A DNA stretch of 64,000 nucleotides from an uncultured Planctomycetia bacterium (GTDB lineage: Bacteria; Omnitrophota; Gorgyraeia; 1-14-0-20-64-10). Made by a program: the position numbers and the translations under genes. Within the stretch, counting starts at the first letter, position 1. Every line of letters begins with the position of its first letter. This document shows, piece after piece, positions 18,090 through 26,025 of this stretch. The stretch lies in assembly GCA_964373715.1 (NCBI GenBank), contig CAYJVR010000005.1, positions 46,805-110,804 of the forward strand. The letters run 5' to 3'. A model generated the notes under the pieces. That model saw only the letters and a program-made list of their open reading frames with translations. It did no database searches and was not told where the DNA came from.

Positions 18090-20537
18090 TTACGACAAAG
18101 AAGAAACGGCCGCCTTGCCGGTCCCGCCCTGAGAAGGGTGCTTGGAGTTAGATCCAATCTTTCCTAAAACCGCCTCCACCCGGTGAACCCGACCGTCCTC
18201 ATGGGGAGGAATCAAGTTGCCTTTCAAAACCTTGCCGTCCACGATCAACTGCTTGACGCCGTGAGAAACCCCGTCCGGGTTCTTAATCGTGATCTCGTAA
18301 ACAGAGCCCCGGAAAGGCCGGCGGATCTTCGCCTCTTTCCAGCTTTTCGGGATGCAGGGGTCCACCAAAAGCCCATGAAAATCGCGCCTGGCCCCTAAGA
18401 TCCACTCGGTGGCCCCCACGTACATCCAGGGGGTGGTTCCGGTGTTCCAGGTAAAAGCCCCCTCCCCGAACCGGTCGGCCGAACCGGGCCCGATGATGTA
18501 CTCCGCCCAGACGTACGGCTCCACCTTGTACTTGTCGTGATCCTCCTTGGCCTTCGAAATCGGCAAAAGCTTCGAGAAGGTGTCGTACGCGCTCTCCGCC
18601 CGTTTGATCGTGCAGTCGGCAACCACCTTAAACGCGCAGGCATGGGAGAAAACCGCCGCGTTCTCCTTGGTGCCCGGACAGAAAGAGGTGACGCGCCCGA
18701 TCCCCGGGTTGTACTCGGTGTAGCTGGGCAGGAACAGGGCCGGCCCGTAAGGAGTATCGAGATAGTTATCGATCTTATCCAGGATGCTGGAGAGCCTCTC
18801 CGGAGGGACAACCCCGCTCAAAATCGCCCAGGTCTGGGAGTTAAGCGGCACCTTGCCCTCTTTATTCTCCTGGGAACCGATCCGGCGGCCGTCGTCGTTG
18901 AAAGCGGCCAGGTACCAGGCGCCGTCCCATCCAATCTCATTGATGATCTTGGTCAACTCATCCGCTTTGGAGTGCATCTCATGCGCCACCGCGGTGTCCC
19001 CCAGGAACTCCGCTAATTCCTTCATATGCTTGCAGGCGCGCACTAGGGCCATCCCCAGCCAGACCGACTCTCCCTGGCCCTTGATGCCGACATGATCGTA
19101 GGCATCATTCCAATCGGCGTGGCCGATCAGCGGCAGGCCGTGCTGGCCGCGGGCGTGATAGATGTACCGGACGGCGCGCAGCGCGTGCTCGTAAACGGAG
19201 GCCTCCCCCTTGTCATGGAACGGGATCACCTTGTTCAGGAACTCGGTATCGCCCGTCTCTTTGACGTAGGCGACAATGCTGTACGGCAGCCAGACCGCCA
19301 CGTCAGCCTTTTTGATGACGCCGCCTACTCCCTGGTTCTCCCATGTCCCTTCCACTTCGGAAAAACCGGAAACGGCATGACCGCTCTCATACTGGTAGAA
19401 AACAAGCCTTTCCAGCTTCGCCCGGGCGGTGTTCAGATCAGCGCTGAGCAAACCCTCCACATCCTGCGCCGTATCCCTGTACCCCTGGCCCCCCTCCGCC
19501 CCGTGGTAATGGGAGGTCCCGCGCCAATGGGTGATCGCGTAAAGCTGGTATTTGCCCCACAGGTTGACCATGAGGTTCATCTTGGGATCCGGAGTCTCGA
19601 TCCAGACCTGCTCGAGCTGGTGTTTCCAATAAGCCTTGATCCCCTCGATCTCCTCCTTGCAGGTCTCCACCGATTTGAACCGTTTGACCAGGGTCGGCAC
19701 ATCGTTGCGGTTATCGGTGATGCCGGAGATAACCACAAATTCCTTCGTCTCTCCGGGATTGAGCGCCACGGTGCTCTGCAGGACAGCCACCATATCCTCG
19801 CCGCGGACCGTATGGTTCGAAAGTTTCTTGGCCTTCAGCCCCGCCGGATCGCTGATATCGCCGTACTGGCCGATAAACGCCTCCCTGCGGCATTCGTAGC
19901 TGTCCACCTTCAAGCTGGAGGAGAGGAAGCCGTACCCCGGCTTGTGCCAGGTCTTGAACGGCTGCTTGAAGGCGACAACCGTCTGCAGGTTTTTGTCGTA
20001 AAAAGAATCGTTGTAGAGGCAGAGGATGTTCCGGTAATGGGTCTCCAGGGCCACATCGCCGCAGACCAGCTCGACAAACGGGTAGACCTGGAGCCTCTTC
20101 CTGGCCTTCGAAGCGTTCGTGAGGGAGACGAGCCAGATCTCGACCGGAGTGTCCTTCGCCACGAAATAGGTCACCGAGCCCTTCACGCCGTTGGCGGAAG
20201 CGGATATCTTCGTGTAGCCGAAACCGTGCCGGCACTCCCACTGGTCCAGTTTCTGCCGGCTGGGCTGCCAGTTGAGGCTCCAAACCTTTTCCTTCCCGCC
20301 GGATTTCCGGGCAGGCTCTTTGATGAAAAGATAGCGGCCGGACCGGTCGTTGCTCAGGTGGTCCCACCGGTGGAGCCGGTAATACTTCGGGTCTCTTAAG
20401 TAAGAAAAACCTCCCCCCGTCTGAGAGATGAGGCAGTGGTAGATGTCGTTAAAGAGGTAATTAAACCAGGGACGCGGCGTATTCGGGTTGGTGACGATGA
20501 ATTCCCGCCCGTCTTTGCTAAAGTGTCCGTATTTCAT
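18090..20537 (-). CDS. Glycoside hydrolase family 94 disaccharide phosphorylase (cellobiose or N,N'-diacetylchitobiose phosphorylase; context favours chitobiose)
   Basis: 815 aa. N-terminus MKYGHFSKDGREFIVTNPNTPRPWFNYL and the catalytic-region motif HGLPLIGHADWNDAYDHVG are characteristic of GH94 (compare the Cellvibrio CBP motif HGLPLIGRADWND). The size fits the family. Confidence 0.9.
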   Translation of the reverse strand: MKYGHFSKDGREFIVTNPNTPRPWFNYLFNDIYHCLISQTGGGFSYLRDPKYYRLHRWDHLSNDRSGRYLFIKEPARKSGGKEKVWSLNWQPSRQKLDQWECRHGFGYTKISASANGVKGSVTYFVAKDTPVEIWLVSLTNASKARKRLQVYPFVELVCGDVALETHYRNILCLYNDSFYDKNLQTVVAFKQPFKTWHKPGYGFLSSSLKVDSYECRREAFIGQYGDISDPAGLKAKKLSNHTVRGEDMVAVLQSTVALNPGETKEFVVISGITDNRNDVPTLVKRFKSVETCKEEIEGIKAYWKHQLEQVWIETPDPKMNLMVNLWGKYQLYAITHWRGTSHYHGAEGGQGYRDTAQDVEGLLSADLNTARAKLERLVFYQYESGHAVSGFSEVEGTWENQGVGGVIKKADVAVWLPYSIVAYVKETGDTEFLNKVIPFHDKGEASVYEHALRAVRYIYHARGQHGLPLIGHADWNDAYDHVGIKGQGESVWLGMALVRACKHMKELAEFLGDTAVAHEMHSKADELTKIINEIGWDGAWYLAAFNDDGRRIGSQENKEGKVPLNSQTWAILSGVVPPERLSSILDKIDNYLDTPYGPALFLPSYTEYNPGIGRVTSFCPGTKENAAVFSHACAFKVVADCTIKRAESAYDTFSKLLPISKAKEDHDKYKVEPYVWAEYIIGPGSADRFGEGAFTWNTGTTPWMYVGATEWILGARRDFHGLLVDPCIPKSWKEAKIRRPFRGSVYEITIKNPDGVSHGVKQLIVDGKVLKGNLIPPHEDGRVHRVEAVLGKIGSNSKHPSQGGTGKAAVSSLS

Positions 20538-20592
20538 CTTTTTCCTTGTTTGTTTTTTGTTTTACGCGTGTGATATCTGGCGGCGGGTTTAT

Positions 20593-21798
20593 TTATAAAC
20601 CGGCGAAAACGTCGCGGATAACCAACGAGGCGGCTCCCACGGCGACGCAGTTCTCACCGAGGCGGGCCGGCACGATCTTCACGGCGTTAGCCATCTCTTC
20701 AAAAGAATACATGCGGATCATCTTCTTGACCGCTTCAATCAGAGCAGGGCCGGCAGCCTCAACACCGCCGCCGATGACGACCGCACCCGGGTTCAAGAGG
20801 TTGATCAGGAAAGCGATCCTGACCCCAAGCCGCTCACCGGCCTTCTGGATGACATCCAAAGCCAGCTTATCGCCGTCCTTCCCGGCCTGAATAACAGTTT
20901 CCAGGGTAATCGCTTCAGGTTTCCCTTTGGAGACATCCGACAATTTCGAAACGGCCCCGGCCTTGATCATCTCTCTGGCCTCATCCGGAATCCCGAGATG
21001 CGAAGCCCATGGCTTTAACGCGGAGATATTGCCGATCCAGACATCGGTTACATCAGCCTGCTCCTTGATCGACACCTCGCCGGCAGTGCCGCTGCTGCCG
21101 TGGTAAATCTCCCCGTTGATGATCATGCCGCACCCGACGCCGGAAAACATAAAAAGCATGATGTCCACATCGGTACCGGCACCGAGCGACCATTCGCCGT
21201 AGGCGGCGGTCGTCACGTCATGGTCCAGCTTGACCGGTATTTTGAACTGCTCCTGAAGAAGGGCCGTTATCGGCACGTAGATCGAGGCGACCCCTTCGGT
21301 GCAACGGATGGTGCCGACCTCCCGGTCAATCACTCCGGAGGCACCGATCTGGATGCCTCGCACCTTCTTCACATCGAGATTCGAGGACTTTACCACCTGC
21401 TCCACTTGGTCGATAATGGTTTTCACCACATTATCGGCCGTGTCGCGGGGCCGCAGCGCCTTGGACTGCGCGATGATGGCCCCTTCCAAATCGGAAAGGA
21501 CCGCCCTGATCGTAAACACTCCGAGATCCACCCCGATCACATAGGCCGATTTCGGGTTCAGGACAACGATCGTCGGCCTGCGGCCGCCGGAAGAGATGTC
21601 GAGCCCCTTCTCAATCACGATCCCCTGCTCGATGAAGTTGTTGACGTAGTTGGAAACCGTAACGATGTTCAGCTTGGTCAATTTGGAAATGTCGGTGCGG
21701 GAGATCGGGCCGTAGCGTTTGATCGCCTCCAAAATGGAAACGTTCTTCCGCTCCCGTTCAGTCAACGAATGCTCGTCTGTTTCAACGCCTCGAATCAA
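20593..21798 (-). CDS. ROK-family transcriptional regulator (NagC/Mlc-like: N-terminal HTH plus a ROK sugar-kinase-like domain)
   Basis: 401 aa. HTH region (ILEAIKRYGPISRTDISKLTKLNIVTVSNYVNNFIEQGIV) followed by a ROK fold with a Gly-rich region (VIGVDLG, GASGVID, GCGMIING). Lies directly upstream of the GH94 gene. Confidence 0.85.
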   Translation of the reverse strand: MIRGVETDEHSLTERERKNVSILEAIKRYGPISRTDISKLTKLNIVTVSNYVNNFIEQGIVIEKGLDISSGGRRPTIVVLNPKSAYVIGVDLGVFTIRAVLSDLEGAIIAQSKALRPRDTADNVVKTIIDQVEQVVKSSNLDVKKVRGIQIGASGVIDREVGTIRCTEGVASIYVPITALLQEQFKIPVKLDHDVTTAAYGEWSLGAGTDVDIMLFMFSGVGCGMIINGEIYHGSSGTAGEVSIKEQADVTDVWIGNISALKPWASHLGIPDEAREMIKAGAVSKLSDVSKGKPEAITLETVIQAGKDGDKLALDVIQKAGERLGVRIAFLINLLNPGAVVIGGGVEAAGPALIEAVKKMIRMYSFEEMANAVKIVPARLGENCVAVGAASLVIRDVFAGL

Positions 21799-21974
21799 GG
21801 AAGGACCCCTTCTTTTTCTTTATAACGCTTAGTGAATGGCAAGTGTGGTTCTTTTTACCTGGCTTTACAGGAGTTTTATCATCTCCTGCAAAAGCCCGCT
21901 TGTCAATCAAAAACCTGGCATAAATGCCTTCCGGTGTCATTGCGGGAAAACACAAAGGGCCGACGCGGCAATCT

Positions 21975-22075
21975 CGTCCTGAAACAAAGCGTTGGCCAGT
22001 TGGCCTGTTTGCGAGTTAGCCGGTTAAACGCGCTAACCCACTAACCCGCAAACTCGCTAACCGGCTAACACGGAT
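21975..22075 (-). promoter_or_regulatory. Promoter/operator region upstream of the ROK regulator. It holds a near-palindrome GGCCAGTTGGCC, a near-palindrome TTAGCCGGTTAA, and four to five direct repeats of (G)CTAACC spaced about 9 bp apart
   Basis: Read directly at 21985-22070: ...ttggccagttggcctgtttgcgagttagccggttaaacgcgctaacccactaacccgcaaactcgctaaccggctaacacgg. This is the 280-bp intergenic region 5' of the ROK gene. Confidence 0.4.
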
Positions 22076-22079
22076 GTCT

Positions 22080-23099
22080 TTACCCCCTCTTGAGCAATTC
22101 CTGATAGCACTCGCCTAAAGTCTTCCAAACCGTCTGCGGGTCCTCCGCCCGGATCGAGATGTACGCGGCCCCGTAGTAGCTCCAGGCGGCGAAATTGCGG
22201 ATCCCCGCCGAGTAGCCGGTCTCGATCGCAAGACGGATCTTCTCCTCTTCCCCGCTGGGAATATTGAAGTTGAGTATCCAGAGGTGCGGCTCCTTCCCGT
22301 ACTGGTCCGCCAATTTCTTGATCCGTTTGGCGAAGCGGTCCACAAACGGCCCGACATCGCTCTGGTGCGGCCTCCAGTACGGGTCCGTGCCTATGGACCA
22401 CAGTGTCGGGATCTGCGCTACTTTCTCCCAATCGTTTACCGTCGAGGAATTCTCAAAAGGAAGCAGGCAGACGGACGCCTTCAGCCCTTGCTGAACAGTC
22501 GCGTCGCAGAGAAAATGGGTCGTCTCCACCAGGCACTCTTCTTTAAATGACCTGACCTGAGGGGTCATCCGGTCCGGCATCGGTAGTCCATGCCTCTTTT
22601 TGAATTTCTCCCGGCAGAGCGAGCAGCGGCAGGCCCAGAGCTTGGGGATTTGGTCCTGCCCCTCCGGCTCCGGATAGATCATGAAATGGGGCTCATCCCA
22701 GAAAAGAACATCTGCCCCCAGTTTTTTGCAGGTCCGGATCCATTTCAGGAGGTAATCCCGGAAAACCGGATGGTTCGGGCAGGCTATGGCCAACGACTCC
22801 CCGAGGGAACTGATCTGTCTCAGCGAAAGATTTTTGGCCACAAGGCTGGAGTAGGTCTCCCCCCCAAAGACCTGCCCCACCGCCCAGGGATCCATCCAAA
22901 CTTCCAGGCCGAACTCATGGCACCCCTTGATGATCTCTGCGAAGGCCCCCTGGTAGAACTCCAGGTCCTCCTCGCTGAAGGTCAAAACGATGTAGTTGCA
23001 GCCGGCATCCCGGATGACCTTCAGATCCTCCCGGACCCGCCAGGGAATCCTGTTGCCATAATAGCTGATGCCGAGTTTCACCAGTGTGGGCATGGACAA
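22080..23099 (-). CDS. Hypothetical TIM-barrel protein (sugar-phosphate isomerase/epimerase-like or glycosidase-like), 339 aa
   Basis: ORF in the nag locus between the ROK gene and nagA. N-terminus LVKLGISYYG... with alternating beta/alpha character. I am not confident of the family. Confidence 0.6.
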   Translation of the reverse strand: MSMPTLVKLGISYYGNRIPWRVREDLKVIRDAGCNYIVLTFSEEDLEFYQGAFAEIIKGCHEFGLEVWMDPWAVGQVFGGETYSSLVAKNLSLRQISSLGESLAIACPNHPVFRDYLLKWIRTCKKLGADVLFWDEPHFMIYPEPEGQDQIPKLWACRCSLCREKFKKRHGLPMPDRMTPQVRSFKEECLVETTHFLCDATVQQGLKASVCLLPFENSSTVNDWEKVAQIPTLWSIGTDPYWRPHQSDVGPFVDRFAKRIKKLADQYGKEPHLWILNFNIPSGEEEKIRLAIETGYSAGIRNFAAWSYYGAAYISIRAEDPQTVWKTLGECYQELLKRG

Positions 23100-23132
23100 G
23101 TTTAATGTTTAAAGTTCAAAGTTTAATGTTGG

Positions 23133-24326
23133 TTAGAAACCGCAACGGACAGCCCCTTGCTTCCACGCGGTTTTTCCTCTGATGATGGTTTCCGTAACCT
23201 GGTACTTTGAGTCCCATAATACCAGATCGGCCAGTGCTCCGGGCGCCAGCCGGCCCCTGAACTTCTCAAGGCCAAGTGTGCGGGCGGGGTTCAGCGTCGC
23301 CATCCGGATCGCCTCCGGGAACGTGATCCCCATAAACCCGATCGCGCGGCGCAGCATCCCGTCAAGCAGCAGCGTGGTGCCGAAAAGACTGCCGCGTTCC
23401 GACCCTCCCTTGAGTTGCCAAGCGGAACCGTCCTTCGATTCATACTCGCGGCCGTCGTACGCATAGATGCCGTCCGGAAGCCCCGCGGCCGGCAGCGCGT
23501 CGGTGATCAACACCAGCGCCTCCGGCTTCAGCACGCGGCCGGTCCAGCGCAGCACCTCCGGGTGGACGTGTACGCCGTCGGTGATCAGCTGCACCGTCAC
23601 CCCGTGATCGGTCAGCACAGCGCCGAGAGCGCCCGGCTCCCGGTGATGGAGCCCCCGCATCGCGTTGTACAGATGGGTGACATGGCGGATCCCCTTCTTG
23701 AAACCGGCCTTCGCCTCATCGAACGTGGCGTCGGTATGCCCGAGCGATCCGACCGCGCCCGCGTCTTCGAGCACCGGCAGCAAATCGAGCGCGCCGGGCA
23801 ACTCCGGCGCCATCGTGAACATACGGAACGCCCCCTTGCCGAGCCCGAGCAGGTCCGACAGGTTCTTCCGATCGGGCAACCAGATCCGATCATGCCGGAT
23901 CAGCCCCGCGCGGGCGGGGTTCACGTACGGCCCCTCGACGTGGAGGCCCAGTATCTCGGCCCCTTCGGCGCCGCGGCCGTTGCAGAGCTCCGCGGCGATT
24001 TCGAGGTGGCGGTTCTGCTTCAATTCCCGGCAGACGACCGATGTGGCGAGAAACGAGGTGGTGCCGTGCGCGGCGAGCGTCCGGGAGACCGCCTGCACCG
24101 CTTCAGGGGTCCCTTCCATCAGGTCCCGCCCTCCGGCCCCGTGGATGTGGAGGTCAATCATGCCGGGCGTGATCCATCCGGAAACGGTTTCAGAAGGATC
24201 TTTCGGATCTTGGTCTGCGCGGCCGGCCTCCCCCGCGTAAAAGATCATGTCTCCGTCGATACCGACGGCGCCGTCCTCGATGACCTGCTCCGGCGTGACA
24301 ACCTTACCGAGAAACCACCTCTTCAT
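23133..24326 (-). CDS. nagA: N-acetylglucosamine-6-phosphate deacetylase
   Basis: 397 aa. Amidohydrolase motifs DLHIHGAGG, GHTDATF, HLYNAM and ITDAL. Typical NagA length. Confidence 0.9.
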   Translation of the reverse strand: MKRWFLGKVVTPEQVIEDGAVGIDGDMIFYAGEAGRADQDPKDPSETVSGWITPGMIDLHIHGAGGRDLMEGTPEAVQAVSRTLAAHGTTSFLATSVVCRELKQNRHLEIAAELCNGRGAEGAEILGLHVEGPYVNPARAGLIRHDRIWLPDRKNLSDLLGLGKGAFRMFTMAPELPGALDLLPVLEDAGAVGSLGHTDATFDEAKAGFKKGIRHVTHLYNAMRGLHHREPGALGAVLTDHGVTVQLITDGVHVHPEVLRWTGRVLKPEALVLITDALPAAGLPDGIYAYDGREYESKDGSAWQLKGGSERGSLFGTTLLLDGMLRRAIGFMGITFPEAIRMATLNPARTLGLEKFRGRLAPGALADLVLWDSKYQVTETIIRGKTAWKQGAVRCGF

Positions 24327-24399
24327 GAGTTCTTCTCCGCCTTGGGTCCTGCCGCCTGCGGACTGCTCCGCCGTCCGTCCTCGTCCGCTATAAAAGCGT

Positions 24400-24640
24400 G
24401 GCGGACTGCGGGCGCGGCGGCGGAGGCCTCTCCTCCGGCGTCACCCGCGGCTGCCCTATACCACCTCTCAATCGCAATAAGCAACTGACGCGAGGGGATG
24501 TCCGGCAGAGACATCCCCGTCGGAAGCTGCTTACAAACCGCGGGAGGGGGCGAGGGGATGGTTTCGAAGGCCATCGCCGGACCGAACGGGCACGGATCGT
24601 CCGCCAAAGTTCTGTGGCGGACGAGAGTGAGGGACGGCGT
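24400..24640. repeat. GC-rich intergenic repeat region between the permease and nagA. It has hairpins GTCCGC-N12-GCGGAC (24406-24429), GGAGG-cctct-CCTCC (24443-24457) and GTCCGCCAAAGTTCTGTGGCGGAC (24591-24614), plus a GGTTTCGAAGGC ... GAGAGTGAGGGACGG module also found at 28580-28607
   Basis: Read directly. The 380-bp non-coding gap inside an otherwise compact same-strand gene string is unusual. Confidence 0.5.
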
Positions 24641-24708
24641 TGAGCGCGGCGGCCGCGCAGGGGCCGCAAGCGGGCCTGAGAAACTTTCCCCTCGGCCCCG
24701 CATCGTCA

Positions 24709-26001
24709 TCAGCCGACGGTGGAACCGCGGGTGAGCCCCTCGATGATGTAGCGCTGGAAGCAGAGGAAAACAACAATGACAGGAAGGGAGGTGATCGCCG
24801 AGCCGGCCATCAGATGGACCCAATCCACGCCGTGAAGCGACTTGTAGAGGGCCAAGCCGACCGGCAGCGTGCGCATCTCGACCGTGTTGGTCAGAAGGAA
24901 CGGGTAAAGGAATGTGTTCCAGGAACCCATGAAGGTGTTGATCCCGACAACGGCCAAAGCCGGCTGGGAGAGCGGGACGATCACGCGCGTGAAAATCTGG
25001 AATTCGGAAGCCCCGTCAATCCGGGCCGCCTCCTCAACCGCCAAAGGCAACTTGGAGATGTACTGCCGCATGAGGAAGATGTTAAACGGGGCCACCAGGT
25101 TCGGCACAATCAGCGCCCAGTAGGTGTTCAGCCACCCCAGGTGCTTCATCAGGATGAAGACCGGCACCATCAGCACCTGCGGCGGGATCGCGATCGAACC
25201 GACAATCATGAAGAACATCAGCTTCTTGAACGGAAAGTTCCGGCGGGCGAAAGCATATCCCACCATCGTCGAGAAAAGAAGGTTGCCTAAGGTGACCGCC
25301 AGCGCTATGCCGAAAGAGTTGACGGAATACCGGCCGAACGGGCCGCTGACCAGCACATCCCAGTAGTTGTTCAGCGTCCATTTCCTGAAGACAAACCGGA
25401 TATCATCCAGATAGACCGTTCCGGCCCCCTCATTGAAGCTTAAGGCGAGCTCTTCCGCCTGCCGCTCCGGCAGGTTGGGACTGAGCATCGAGAGGTTGAA
25501 GGCCTTCATCGGGATCCGGACCGTCTCCCAGGAGGTCTTCAACCCGCCGCGCAGAAACCGCTGGATCCCAAGGCTGGCGCTGCGGCCCTTCACGTCCGCC
25601 AGCTCAAGCGTGAAATCCTCCCCGCCGATCTCCCCCTTGACCTTGAACTCAAGGTAAGAAAATTTCCGCATATCCTGCCCGACGCGTGTGACCCACCGGG
25701 CTGGGCCGTCCCCCTTCTCATAACGGATCACCATCCGGCGGTTCTGCCGCAAGACCGGCTCCGCCGGATAAAAAGAGATCTGCACCTTTGAGGTGCCCTC
25801 CGCGCTGACCATAATCGGGCCGCCGATGGAGTTCGTGCTCCCGATCTCAAAGTCAGCCACAAGCACCTCTTCAATCCGCTGGAACAGGGTCCCGGTCGGC
25901 TTCATCGAGGTGTAGAACATCAGGACCAGCGGCAGCAAGGTCAAGACGAGCATCACCGTGAGAATACTGATCGCCACGCTAATCGCCAGCCGCTCACGCA
26001 T
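24709..26001 (-). CDS. CUT1-family carbohydrate ABC transporter permease (MalG/UgpE-like) with a roughly 170-aa periplasmic insertion that carries the carbohydrate-binding-like module
   Basis: 430 aa. TM1, then an insert (about 25390-25900) containing LEFKVKGEIGGEDFTLELAD ... SWETVRIPMKAFN ... LALSFNEGAGTVYLDDIRF, which matches the module of the 40596-45684 paralog array. Then a typical permease core with an EAA-like loop (AVEEAARIDGASEFQIF). Confidence 0.85.
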   Translation of the reverse strand: MRERLAISVAISILTVMLVLTLLPLVLMFYTSMKPTGTLFQRIEEVLVADFEIGSTNSIGGPIMVSAEGTSKVQISFYPAEPVLRQNRRMVIRYEKGDGPARWVTRVGQDMRKFSYLEFKVKGEIGGEDFTLELADVKGRSASLGIQRFLRGGLKTSWETVRIPMKAFNLSMLSPNLPERQAEELALSFNEGAGTVYLDDIRFVFRKWTLNNYWDVLVSGPFGRYSVNSFGIALAVTLGNLLFSTMVGYAFARRNFPFKKLMFFMIVGSIAIPPQVLMVPVFILMKHLGWLNTYWALIVPNLVAPFNIFLMRQYISKLPLAVEEAARIDGASEFQIFTRVIVPLSQPALAVVGINTFMGSWNTFLYPFLLTNTVEMRTLPVGLALYKSLHGVDWVHLMAGSAITSLPVIVVFLCFQRYIIEGLTRGSTVG

Positions 26002-26025
26002 TTCGGAAAACCTCCCCGGCGTTCA

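Noticed and set aside
19092-20399. 435-aa plus-strand ORF overlapping the GH94 gene. The same pattern holds for 13308..14420, 43786..45639, 55032..56753, 57124..59175, 23415..24488, 6657..7805 and 7950..8996 on the plus strand
   Set aside because: The translations are Arg/Pro/Gly/His-rich and low-complexity with no recognisable domains, and each lies entirely antisense to a minus-strand ORF with clear homology or protein-like composition. These are typical antisense open frames in GC-rich DNA
24323-24823. 166-aa minus-strand ORF spanning the nagA/permease intergenic gap (and 24388..24669, 24398..24643)
   Set aside because: Arg/Pro-rich junk translation. The region is better explained as structured non-coding DNA containing the GTCCGCC palindromes
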